Shown here: piece after piece, positions 38,601 through 47,509 of the stretch
Numbering within the stretch: position 1 is the first letter of the stretch
How the letters are laid out: each line of letters starts with the position of its first letter
Assembly: GCA_051880415.1 (NCBI GenBank)
Contig: JBJENX010000050.1
Location: 2,594 to 66,593, forward strand
Direction of reading: 5' to 3'
From: Lachnospiraceae bacterium
Lineage (GTDB): Bacteria; Bacillota; Clostridia; Lachnospirales; Lachnospiraceae
DNA length: 64,000 nucleotides
Position numbers and translations under genes: made by a program
The notes under the pieces: generated by a model
What the model was told of the DNA's origin: nothing
The model's database searches: none
Seen by the model: only the letters and a program-made list of their open reading frames with translations

Positions 38601-38917
38601 TAATTGGTAATATTGATATTGTGAGAAATCAAAAGCAGATGTATATTGAGGGATGGGCGTTTGTTCGTGGTTATAGAAGAAATAATAATAATAGCATTGT
38701 TATTTCTTTAAAGGGTAAAAATAAAACTTATTATATTCATACTGAAAAAACCATGAGAGAAGATGTTGTGAATTTGTATCCGAATGAACAACATATAAAA
38801 TACATTGGTTTTAAGTGTCAGTTTGAGAAGGAAAGTCTTGAAAGTGGTAATTATCAAATTGGAATTATTTGCAAAAAACAATTGCTAATAACCGATAAAG
38901 TATTAGAAATTATATAG
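35675..38917 (+). CDS. Multidomain protein: kinase-like N-domain, coiled coil, two GT2 domains, C-terminal beta-rich domain
   Basis: IDSIFDN...CIDYEW (aa 151-172) gives the APH/protein-kinase-like DxxxxN and IDxE motifs. Heptad repeats span about aa 258-360. The GT2 domains have ISVLVPVYN...VDDAST...LDCDD and VSILIPSKDN...IDNGS...LNDD. The alternative start at 35687 has the better RBS. Confidence 0.8.
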   Translation: MENRMEKIIYTKYNSTRKPEFRLMTSIIESEDGWYVKKMPIENDAYKLIDKIKNNYSLLLSCNYDYIPVEYCEQSGGLCFKYITGESPLDSIDFRHEKLETIINKIKDVIGCIFPVDDTNCKRFEYCDSFEEMFPTCRPSENEKSYYISNIDSIFDNFIIKDDKIWCIDYEWVVDFDVPIRYLVYRALHYLYLEKKVFLDSYINEETFLSQFDFSDKDIELFYSMEMKFQQYVYGENWQCDLLGKYEKKNNILNPSQTEVELLNKEIEMKNVHIKNLSAQIEIDTNKMENMNTLINQKDVHIGNLSRELKNKDVIIENKEIIIEDKDIHISNLNKIIKDKDLQIGALSEYVSKVKRAFRDPLYATKIFCKKILRRIKSKKNQFVDSYYDKKYRDLREISVDEKYRKWIVQLEKQDCIRETFEYNPMISVLVPVYNVLDKHLVPCIESVLNQIYTNWELCLVDDASTWGNVKKTLKGYENHERIKVIYREENGHISRATNSALEIATGEFVAFLDCDDLLSPNALYEVVKKLNEDASLDFIYSDEDKIDDDGNNRHMPHFKPDWSPDTLLSMMYTCHLGVYRRTILNKIGGFRVGYEGAQDYDMTLRFVEQTNKIGHISKILYHWRERAESTAGASDAKPYIIEANKRAKEDALLRRCINASVGRIENSFYFRIRYVVENNPKVSILIPSKDNYRILRRCVDSIYMKTEYKNFELILIDNGSSGHNKLLYSALADQYGFKYIYKKQDFNFSRMCNIAAQNASGKYFLFLNDDTEVLSGDWLELMLGQAQQSHVGAVGAKLLYPETENIQHVGIINLKVGPSHAFANYPDNQIYYFGRNYIEYNYIAVTGACLMIEKDKFEQVGGFDEELAVAYNDVDLCFKLVEAGYYNVVRNDVILLHYESISRGYDNTDDEKFKRLTKEREKLYQKHEIYREYDPFYNINLCDDNIDYSYNYSNVMSKMMEVSTNPVEAKDATTLIGNIDIVRNQKQMYIEGWAFVRGYRRNNNNSIVISLKGKNKTYYIHTEKTMREDVVNLYPNEQHIKYIGFKCQFEKESLESGNYQIGIICKKQLLITDKVLEII

Positions 38918-39105
38918 TCGTAGGAAGACAATTATCGATATGACATGGATATTGTTATTTTTAGTGTGTAGTAAGTACTGCAGATTCCGATGTTTGCATA
39001 GTAGATGAAAGTATGCTAGTATTGAAAAGATTGTAAAATATATGGTTTTGTCGCATAAGAATATAGTTTATATATCTGCGACAAGTAACGTAAGTGAGGA
39101 AACAC

Positions 39106-40980
39106 ATGAAAAAATTTTTGATAACAAAGATAAATGATTCAATATGGATGCGACGGTTTTTTTTGTTTATTTTTGATATAATATCAATAGCAATAGCCAG
39201 TTATTCTGCATTATTAGTTCGGTTTGATTTTTCATTTGATTTAATTCCCGAAAACTATGAAAAAATAGTAGTCCAGATGCTACCGTTCACAATTATTACT
39301 ACTATTGTAGTATTTATAGTATTTCGTCTCTATTCAAGTCTTTGGACATATGCAGGAGCAACAGAATTGACTTATATTTTGGGAGCAGGGGTTACATCCG
39401 GTTTTGTTAATATGTTTTTAATAATCACATGTTGCCGAAAGGTGTTGGTTCCTTTGCCAAGAAGTTATTATGTGTTATATACAATTGTCTTAATTGGATG
39501 TGTATTCATTAGCAGATATGCCTATCGGATGATTCGGTCATTATTACAAAAAAGAGTTACGGATGCGGAAAAAAAGAAAGTATTAATTGTTGGTGCGGGT
39601 AGTGCAGGTGATGCATTGATTCGGGAAATCAATCACAGTGATTATATTAATATGAAGGTAGTGGGGGTTATTGACGATAGTAACAGCAAAATAGGTAATT
39701 ATATTCATGGAGTGAAAGTTCTTGGTGACCGCAATGCGATTTTGGATAATGTGAAAGCGTTAAATGTGGATGAAATCATTGTTGCTATGCCGTCTGTTGC
39801 GACAAGTGAAATAAAAGATATATTAGACATCTGTAAAGAATCTGGTTGTGAATTAAAGAGGCTTCCGGGTATGTATCAGCTGGTCAATGGAGAGGTTAGC
39901 GTTAGTAAATTACGGGATGTTGATGTTAATGATTTATTGGGGAGAGAACCAATACAGGTTGATTTAGACTCTATTATGGATTATGTTTCTGACAGAGTCA
40001 TAATGGTTACCGGTGGTGGTGGTTCTATCGGGAGTGAATTATGTCGCCAGATAGCAAAGCATAATCCGAAGCAGTTAGTATTGGTAGATATTTATGAAAA
40101 TACCACATATGATATCCAAAATGAATTAAAAAAGAATTTTCCAGAACTGAATCTGGTGGTTTTGATTGCGTCGGTTCGGAACACAAAGCGTATGGACCAG
40201 ATTTTTGAAATATATCGTCCGGAAATAGTATATCATGCCGCAGCACATAAACATGTTCCATTAATGGAAGATAGTCCGAATGAGGCAGTAAAGAATAATG
40301 TACTTGGAACTTGGAAGGTGGTACAGGCTGCAGATAAATGGCATGTGAAACGGTTTGTAATGATATCTACAGATAAAGCAGTAAACCCCACAAATATCAT
40401 GGGAGCAACAAAGAGGATTTGTGAAATGATTATTCAGGCCTATGATAAGCATTCTGAAACTGAATTTGTTGCAGTTCGTTTTGGGAATGTTTTGGGAAGC
40501 AATGGAAGTGTAATACCACTATTTAAAAAGCAGATAGAAGCCGGTGGACCGGTTACAGTAACGCATCCGGATATTATTCGTTACTTTATGACTATTCCGG
40601 AAGCAGTGTCTTTGGTTTTGCAGGCAGGTGCTTATGCAAAGGGAGGAGAAATTTTTGTCTTGGATATGGGAGAACCAGTGAAAATTCTGGATTTGGCAAG
40701 GAATCTTATTCTTTTATCAGGGCATAAACCAAATGAAGATATTATGATTACATTTACAGGGTTACGTCCGGGTGAAAAATTGTATGAAGAAATGTTAATG
40801 AAAGAAGAGGGAATGCAAAATACTGCTAATAAATTGATTTATATTGGAAAACCCATTGAGATGGATGAAGAGAAGTTTATGCGACAGTTAGAAGAAATAA
40901 GAGATTATGTAGTAGAAGAACCGGATGATATTCGTGAGGTTGTGCAGAAGATGGTACCTACGTATCATTTCAAAAGGTAG
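39106..40980 (+). CDS. Membrane-bound UDP-N-acetylglucosamine 4,6-dehydratase (CapD/PglF/WbpM family)
   Basis: Four N-terminal TM helices. Has VTGGGGSIGSEL and ISTDKAVNPTNIMGATKR. ATG at 39106 follows GAGGAA. Confidence 0.9.
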   Translation: MKKFLITKINDSIWMRRFFLFIFDIISIAIASYSALLVRFDFSFDLIPENYEKIVVQMLPFTIITTIVVFIVFRLYSSLWTYAGATELTYILGAGVTSGFVNMFLIITCCRKVLVPLPRSYYVLYTIVLIGCVFISRYAYRMIRSLLQKRVTDAEKKKVLIVGAGSAGDALIREINHSDYINMKVVGVIDDSNSKIGNYIHGVKVLGDRNAILDNVKALNVDEIIVAMPSVATSEIKDILDICKESGCELKRLPGMYQLVNGEVSVSKLRDVDVNDLLGREPIQVDLDSIMDYVSDRVIMVTGGGGSIGSELCRQIAKHNPKQLVLVDIYENTTYDIQNELKKNFPELNLVVLIASVRNTKRMDQIFEIYRPEIVYHAAAHKHVPLMEDSPNEAVKNNVLGTWKVVQAADKWHVKRFVMISTDKAVNPTNIMGATKRICEMIIQAYDKHSETEFVAVRFGNVLGSNGSVIPLFKKQIEAGGPVTVTHPDIIRYFMTIPEAVSLVLQAGAYAKGGEIFVLDMGEPVKILDLARNLILLSGHKPNEDIMITFTGLRPGEKLYEEMLMKEEGMQNTANKLIYIGKPIEMDEEKFMRQLEEIRDYVVEEPDDIREVVQKMVPTYHFKR

Positions 40981-41040
40981 AATTTATAATCAATACCGAG
41001 AAAAATCGTGGCATGAAGAAGATATAAGAGGTAAAATTAG

Positions 41041-42273
41041 ATGAATAGTTTTGTACAAGAAAAAAAATTTAATATTCCATTTTCTCCACCGGATATTTCA
41101 GAACTAGAGATTGCAGAGGTTACACAGGCTCTTCGTTCCGGTTGGATTACAACAGGACCGAGAACAAAAGAACTGGAAAAAAAAGTCGCAAATTATATCA
41201 ATGTGTCGCGGTGTGTATGTTTAAATTCCCAAACAGCATGTGCAGAGATGACGCTGCGGATTCTTGGTATAGGTCCAGGTGATGAAGTTATTACTACTGC
41301 CTATACATATACAGCCACTGCTTCTGTGGTGTGTCATGTTGGTGCAAAGCTTGTTCTGGTGGATATACAAAAGGATAGTCTTGAGATAGATTATGATGAC
41401 CTTAGTGATAAGATTACGGAAAAAACAAAGGTGATTATTCCTGTTGATCTTGCAGGGATTCCGTGTGATTATGATAGAATATTTTCAATTGTTGAAAGAA
41501 AAAAACAGTTGTTTCATCCTTCAAATTCATTGCAAGCCATATATGGAAGAATAATTGTTATGGCAGATGCTGCTCATGCATTTGGCGCATCATGGCACAA
41601 AAAAAAGGTAGGGTCCGTAGCAGATTTTAGTAATTTCAGTTTTCATGCAGTAAAAAACTTTACAACAGCAGAAGGTGGTGCTGTTACATGGAAATCCCAA
41701 AAAGGGGTTGATGACGAAGAATTATATTATCAGTATCAACTATTGTCGTTACATGGACAATCAAAGGATGCTTTGGCAAAAACACAGCTTGGAAGCTGGG
41801 AGTATGATATTGTAGACACAAATTATAAATGCAATATGACTGATGTTTTGGCGGCAATAGGTCTGGCGCAGATACAGAGGTATCAGGATATTTTGGCTAG
41901 GAGAAAGGAAATTATTGAAAAATATGATAATGCATTCCGTCCACTTGGCATAGAAGTATTGGATCATTACAATGAAGAACATCACTCTTCAGGTCATTTA
42001 TATATCACCAGGGTTCCGGGAATTACATTGGAGCAGAGACAGAAAATAATAGAAAAGATGGCAGAGCAGGGAATTATATGTAATGTACACTATAAACCAT
42101 TACCAATGATGACTGCTTATAAGAATTTAGGATTTCGAATTGAGAATTATCCGAATGCTTATGATTTTTTCAAAAATGAGATAACACTTCCTCTTCATAC
42201 AAGGCTAACGGAAGAGGAAGTGGTTTATATAACGGAGCAGTTTGGCAGAATAGTAAAAGAATATATAATATAA
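41041..42273 (+). CDS. DegT/DnrJ/EryC1 PLP-dependent sugar aminotransferase (PglE/WcfR-like)
   Basis: Has GWITTGPRTKELE. The PLP lysine lies in SFHAVKNFTTAEGGAV. Confidence 0.9.
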   Translation: MNSFVQEKKFNIPFSPPDISELEIAEVTQALRSGWITTGPRTKELEKKVANYINVSRCVCLNSQTACAEMTLRILGIGPGDEVITTAYTYTATASVVCHVGAKLVLVDIQKDSLEIDYDDLSDKITEKTKVIIPVDLAGIPCDYDRIFSIVERKKQLFHPSNSLQAIYGRIIVMADAAHAFGASWHKKKVGSVADFSNFSFHAVKNFTTAEGGAVTWKSQKGVDDEELYYQYQLLSLHGQSKDALAKTQLGSWEYDIVDTNYKCNMTDVLAAIGLAQIQRYQDILARRKEIIEKYDNAFRPLGIEVLDHYNEEHHSSGHLYITRVPGITLEQRQKIIEKMAEQGIICNVHYKPLPMMTAYKNLGFRIENYPNAYDFFKNEITLPLHTRLTEEEVVYITEQFGRIVKEYII

Positions 42274-42301
42274 AAATATGTGGATATAGGAGAATGATGG
42301 A

Positions 42302-42988
42302 ATGCTAAAGGAATGGAAGCTATTACCTGAATATATGAGAACAGAAGCAGTACGACCGTATTATGACAGTTTAAAAAAAAAGGAAAATAGTCTTTTGCTA
42401 AAGCGAATTTTTGACTTTATTACCGCAATAATTATGCTCATTCTATTACTTCCGTTATTTCTTGTTATCTCAGTTTTAATTGTTATGGATTCTAAGGGTG
42501 GAGTGTTTTTTCGACAGGAACGAATTACGCAATATGGAAGAAAATTCAAAATTTATAAGTTTCGTACTATGGTAATAGATTCTGACAAGTTAGGCTCACA
42601 GGTAACAGTAAAAAACGACAGACGGATTACTAAAATTGGACGGATATTACGGAAGTACCGGTTGGATGAGTTACCGCAGCTATTGAATATTATCCAGGGA
42701 GATATGAGTTTTTGTGGAACACGTCCTGAGAGTACATACTATGTAAAAAAGTATTCAGCGGAAATGTTTGCTACTTTACTTCTCCCGGCAGGTGTTACAT
42801 CAGAGGCGAGTATCCGTTATAAGGATGAAGCAGTACTTTTGGAGAATGCAGAGAATGCAGATGAGGTTTATATTAATAAGATTTTGCCGGAGAAGATGAA
42901 GTATAATCTTGAAAGTATAAGCAATTTCAGTTTGCTTCGAGAATTGAAAACAATGATACAAACGGTAATGGCAGTTCTGCATGATTAA
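42302..42988 (+). CDS. Small monotopic phosphoglycosyl transferase (PglC/WcfS-type priming enzyme)
   Basis: One N-terminal re-entrant helix. Has VFFRQERITQYGRKFKIYKFRTM and DELPQLLNIIQGDMSFCGTRP. Confidence 0.9.
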   Translation: MLKEWKLLPEYMRTEAVRPYYDSLKKKENSLLLKRIFDFITAIIMLILLLPLFLVISVLIVMDSKGGVFFRQERITQYGRKFKIYKFRTMVIDSDKLGSQVTVKNDRRITKIGRILRKYRLDELPQLLNIIQGDMSFCGTRPESTYYVKKYSAEMFATLLLPAGVTSEASIRYKDEAVLLENAENADEVYINKILPEKMKYNLESISNFSLLRELKTMIQTVMAVLHD

Positions 42989-43014
42989 TGTAATCTTGAG
43001 AGGAAAATATAGAA

Positions 43015-44160
43015 ATGGGAAAGTCAATGAATAGAGATAAACTGACGGTTGCTTTGATTACGAATCACGATGATGATGTATATTGTTTTAGGAAGGAACT
43101 GATTGCAGCAATGCAAAAGGCTGGCTATAATGTGCTGATTTCCTGTCCTTATGGTGAAAAACTGGAATTAATGAATAGCATTCGGTTTAAGCATGATAAT
43201 GTATATATTGATCGAAGAGGTACAAATCCGATATCTGATTTTAAATTATTAGTTCATTATCGCAGAATGCTATGTAGATACCGCCCAGATGTTGTATTGA
43301 CGTACACATCGAAGCCAAATGTATATGCTAGTCTGGCTGCAGCAAGTCTTAGTATTCCATACATGAATAACGTTACCGGTCTGGGGAGTGTGCTTAGTAT
43401 GGGAACGGTAATGAAGACTTTTGTTATGACTCTATTTAAATTGGCATTTCGAAAATCGACCTGTGTTTTTTTTCAAAATGAAGATAATATGAATTCTGCA
43501 ATAAAGCAGGGATTGGTACATGGTGAATATCAGTTAATCCCCGGTTCCGGAGTTAATACGGAATGCTTTCCTTTACAGGATTATCCAAATGGTGGGAACG
43601 GTATAGACGGAGATATAATAGTATTCAATTATATTGGAAGAGTACTTCATGATAAGGGCGTAGATGATTATATTGAAGCTGCGAAAAGGATTAAAGAAAA
43701 GTATCCCAATACAGAATTTAACATTATTGGATTTGTTGAGCCAACAGAACGTCATTACGAAGAAGAACTGAAAGAGTTGGAAGAACAGAAGATTGTGATA
43801 TATAGAGGTCAACAAAAGGATGTGAAACCATTTATTAAAAGAGCCCATGCGATTATTCATCCATCTACTTATGGTGAGGGAATGAGTAATGTTCTTCTGG
43901 AAAATGCAAGTTCCGGAAGATTCCTGATTACGACGGATAATCCCGGTTGTAAGGAGACCGTTTTGGATGGCAATACAGGTTTTCTGTATCATGGAGGAGA
44001 TGTAGATGCTTTAGTTGAACGGATAGAGGAGTTTCTGGCATTGGATAATGAAAAGCGAAAGAAAATGGGTAAAAAAGGTAGGTCCTATGTACAAGAGAAT
44101 TTTTCCCGTGATATCGTGGTAAATGCCTATTTGGAAAGGATTCGGAAAATAACAGAATGA
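43015..44160 (+). CDS. GT4 (GT-B fold) glycosyltransferase
   Basis: The C-terminal EX7E-like region reads PSTYGEGMSNVLLENASSGRFLITTD. Confidence 0.8.
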   Translation: MGKSMNRDKLTVALITNHDDDVYCFRKELIAAMQKAGYNVLISCPYGEKLELMNSIRFKHDNVYIDRRGTNPISDFKLLVHYRRMLCRYRPDVVLTYTSKPNVYASLAAASLSIPYMNNVTGLGSVLSMGTVMKTFVMTLFKLAFRKSTCVFFQNEDNMNSAIKQGLVHGEYQLIPGSGVNTECFPLQDYPNGGNGIDGDIIVFNYIGRVLHDKGVDDYIEAAKRIKEKYPNTEFNIIGFVEPTERHYEEELKELEEQKIVIYRGQQKDVKPFIKRAHAIIHPSTYGEGMSNVLLENASSGRFLITTDNPGCKETVLDGNTGFLYHGGDVDALVERIEEFLALDNEKRKKMGKKGRSYVQENFSRDIVVNAYLERIRKITE

Positions 44161-45221
44161 ATATGGATGAAAAAAAGCAACAGATTAAGAATAAAATAGT
44201 ATTTATTGTTCCCTATTTTGGGACGTTTCCCCCTTATTTTATGGAGTGGATGTATTCAGCAGGATATCTGGCTGATCAGAATATTGATTTTCTTTTGATT
44301 ACAAACAATGAGTTGGAATGTTTGATCCCGTCCAATATTCGATTGCTTCCAATGTCTTTTGAGGAATTTAGAAAGAAGGTTCAGGATAAGTTTGATTTTC
44401 AGGTTGCATTGGATACCCCATATAAAATTTGTGACTTTAAACCTGCATTGGGTTATATATTTCAAGACGAAATAAACCAGTATCAATTTTGGGGTAACTG
44501 TGATATTGATCAGGTTTGGGGAGATGTTCGAAAATTTATTACAGATGATATTTTAAATCAATATGATCGAATTCAGTTTCTTGGACATTTCATATTATAT
44601 AGAAATGTTGAGAAAATCAATACTCTGTTTATGAAAAAGGGTGGTATATACGATTATCAGAAAGTTTATTCTACTCCGATGCATTATTCTTTTTGTGAGC
44701 ATTCCGGGATGATGAGTATTGTTGTAAAGAATAATATTAGTAACTATATTGCAACAAATTATATAGATGTTTCACCGACTTGTAACAGAATATGGGTATT
44801 GCGTGTTCCTAATTACCATTATCAGATTATATATTGGTCGAATGGAAAGGTATATAGAACATATCTGGATAAAAATGAGAGAATGATTACAGAAGAATAT
44901 ATGTATTTTCATTTTCAAAGAAAGTCACCAAAGGGTTTGGAATGCTGGGAAAGTAGAACACCAAAAGCTTTTTTGCTTCATAAGGATAGCTTTATTGAAT
45001 TTGTTCCTTCTGAATTGACAATAGATAGATTAAAGATATTATCTGATTTCATTAGTGAAGAAGAAGACAGGAGAGAAAATCGGGAATATATTATTTCGAA
45101 TATAAAACGTTTTTTCAAAATACCAATGCAAAACAAAATCCTTTGGATAAAACAAAAAATTGCAACAAGAAAATTAATTCAAAACGTAAAATACTTTGGA
45201 GAACATTATTCTAATGTATAA
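44157..45221 (+). CDS. DUF6625-like putative glycosyltransferase
   Basis: Has FIVPYFGTFPPYF...FLLITN...YKICDFKPALGYIFQDE...FWGNCDIDQVWGDVRKF...GHFILYRN, a pattern I recall from capsule/EPS loci. The start overlaps the upstream stop (ATGA). Confidence 0.5.
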   Translation: MNMDEKKQQIKNKIVFIVPYFGTFPPYFMEWMYSAGYLADQNIDFLLITNNELECLIPSNIRLLPMSFEEFRKKVQDKFDFQVALDTPYKICDFKPALGYIFQDEINQYQFWGNCDIDQVWGDVRKFITDDILNQYDRIQFLGHFILYRNVEKINTLFMKKGGIYDYQKVYSTPMHYSFCEHSGMMSIVVKNNISNYIATNYIDVSPTCNRIWVLRVPNYHYQIIYWSNGKVYRTYLDKNERMITEEYMYFHFQRKSPKGLECWESRTPKAFLLHKDSFIEFVPSELTIDRLKILSDFISEEEDRRENREYIISNIKRFFKIPMQNKILWIKQKIATRKLIQNVKYFGEHYSNV

Positions 45222-45255
45222 AGTATATGATATAGTGTTTTATTCTGTAAATAAT

Positions 45256-45903
45256 TCATCCGGAATGTTTAACATTATTGAATGCTAAAACCCAATCAAA
45301 TTGATCCAGTCTACGCTTGAACGGACCTGTATAAGCTGTCATTATGTCAACAAAATCCTTATTTTCAGAACCTTTGATATAATAGGTGTGTTGTAAGTTC
45401 TTATATGGAATATGTGTGAAACAGACGCCGGAGTAATTTTTTTTACTTAAAAATTCATCAAATTGTGCTACCATATTGGGGGAACAAAAATTTCGATCAT
45501 TCATGATGAAATACAAGCGTTGAAAATTAATTCTGGTCTTTCTCTCGTTCCATTTTTCTTGTGCTTCTTCAACAGAATGATAATGTACAAGATGTAATTT
45601 AATATCTCCTAAAAGAGCAACCGGATAGCCTTCCTGTTTTTCGTCTTCAGGACATTCAATAAAAGGCTTATCCAGATAGTACTTTATATTGTTTATAAAT
45701 TTCAAATAATCCTGTGCATCCATATACATATTGATGGTTGGAGATAAAAATTGCATATTAAAATCATGATATAACATACCGCCAGTATAGTCAGAAGAAA
45801 TAATGGTGATATTCTTATCATTTAAATATCTTTCTTTTTTTCTCATGAGTAACAGATATCGAAGTTGATTTCTTATACCTTTTAAAATTGTTTTTAATGT
45901 CAT
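45256..45903 (-). CDS. DUF1919-like EPS-locus protein (only minus-strand gene inside assembly line B)
   Basis: Has ITIISSDYTGGMLYHDF...SPTINMYM...HYHSVEEAQEKWNERKTRINF. ATG at 45903 lies 7 nt after GGAGG; the ORF-track start is 45957. Confidence 0.6.
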   Translation of the reverse strand: MTLKTILKGIRNQLRYLLLMRKKERYLNDKNITIISSDYTGGMLYHDFNMQFLSPTINMYMDAQDYLKFINNIKYYLDKPFIECPEDEKQEGYPVALLGDIKLHLVHYHSVEEAQEKWNERKTRINFQRLYFIMNDRNFCSPNMVAQFDEFLSKKNYSGVCFTHIPYKNLQHTYYIKGSENKDFVDIMTAYTGPFKRRLDQFDWVLAFNNVKHSG

Positions 45904-46264
45904 AGAATGCCTCCGAAACTTGGATTTGAAGATATATAATAAAAAGTTTGTTAACAAAAAATAATTATAAGTATCTTTCTTATATTTGTCAATTGAGAGA
46001 TAACTATTATAAATAGGTAGATTGCTTAAAATTACAAAAACGGAAGAGTCCTCTAAAGACTATGAGAATTGACATATTTTTTGCAATATGCTACCATGTC
46101 GATGATAAAAGACAGAACAAGTATACGAAGAAAAATGAATTGTATGGCATTTGTGAAAAAGTTGAAATGAAGAAACACTCTTAATGTAGGAAATATGATG
46201 GATTTTAAATTGAATTTTTAGGAACCATTTACATCAAAGAAATCAAGATAAAGGAATTATAAAA

Positions 46265-47422
46265 ATGAAAATAGTGTATACGGTGGCAACATATTATCCT
46301 GAAACCAACGGAGTTCAGACTGTGACACAGAAACAAGCTGAAGCTTTGGTAGAATGTGGTTATGAAGTTGTTGTAATTTGCGGAAATAAAAAGCAACAGT
46401 GTGAAGAAGAAGTATATCATGGAGTAAAAATTCTACGAATAGATGCTTTTAATAAAATTATATTTAATTGTGGTGATAAGGTTAGATTTCGAGAATTAGT
46501 AAAAAGAGAGTGTGATAATGCTGATTTTCTGATTACAGTATGTCTACTGTCATTTGCAACGAATTGGTTGTTGGATATGTTGGAAGAATTGAAATGTCAG
46601 AAGATTTTGTATTTACACGGCATTGCTGATTTTGAACCTTTACAATTACGTCAATTGGGAATCGTACAATTTGTGTATCGTACAATCAGGAAGTGCTATT
46701 GGAAATGTTATTATGCCATGCACTGGAATGAATTGAAGAAATTCCAGGCGATTATTCATATCCATGAACAGGATGGCAGCTTAGATTATGTTATGCAACA
46801 TGGCTATATAAATAATTATATTATTTATAATGCAGTTGAAGATGCTTTGTTTGAAACAGAACAATGTAGAACTGATGGAAACTATTTTCTTTATATAGCT
46901 AATTATTGTAATGGAAAGAATCAGAAAGAATTGCTACAATATTTTTATGAGGCTGATTTGCCATGTGGTCTGGTGTTGATTGGCAGTGAAGATAATAAGT
47001 ATTATAAAAAATTACTCAAATTAAAAAACCGTTTACAAAAAGTGTATACGAAAAAAGATGTGCAAATTTTACATCATGTAGACAGAAAACGTACAATAGA
47101 ATATATTCAACATGCAAAGGCAATCGTCATGACTAGTAAAGCAGAGCAGTTTCCAATTTCGATTTTAGAGGCTATGGCGGCAAGGAAACCATTTATCTGT
47201 TCTGATGTGGGTGTTGTATCCAATCTGCCCGGTGGAATTATATATCATAATTCAAAAGAATTGGTTAATGCACTTTGGAAATTATACGAAGATAAAGAAT
47301 ATTGTGCTATACTTGGAACTGAGGGTAATACTTATGCTATGGAGCATTTGACTATGAAACGACATATATCTGACATGGAAAAAGTTCTGTTGCATATACA
47401 GGAAAATATGAATGAGGGGTAG
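46265..47422 (+). CDS. GT4 (GT-B fold) glycosyltransferase
   Basis: The N-terminus is MKIVYTVATYYPETNGVQTV. The C-terminal part reads SKAEQFPISILEAMAARKPFICSDVG. Confidence 0.75.
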   Translation: MKIVYTVATYYPETNGVQTVTQKQAEALVECGYEVVVICGNKKQQCEEEVYHGVKILRIDAFNKIIFNCGDKVRFRELVKRECDNADFLITVCLLSFATNWLLDMLEELKCQKILYLHGIADFEPLQLRQLGIVQFVYRTIRKCYWKCYYAMHWNELKKFQAIIHIHEQDGSLDYVMQHGYINNYIIYNAVEDALFETEQCRTDGNYFLYIANYCNGKNQKELLQYFYEADLPCGLVLIGSEDNKYYKKLLKLKNRLQKVYTKKDVQILHHVDRKRTIEYIQHAKAIVMTSKAEQFPISILEAMAARKPFICSDVGVVSNLPGGIIYHNSKELVNALWKLYEDKEYCAILGTEGNTYAMEHLTMKRHISDMEKVLLHIQENMNEG

Positions 47423-47509
47423 GCTATTATGGAGCCTGAGAAAAGGATTTTTTATAAGAGCTTTTTTGATACATGTTACTATTAATTACGAGCAATTGCT
47501 GATGATTTT

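Noticed and set aside
38918-39105. Invertible (phase-variable) promoter between the two glycan lines, and likewise at 45904-46264
   Set aside because: No pair of inverted repeats flanks a 100-300-bp segment. Only one 8-bp IR with a 21-nt spacer was seen, and no recombinase gene is nearby.
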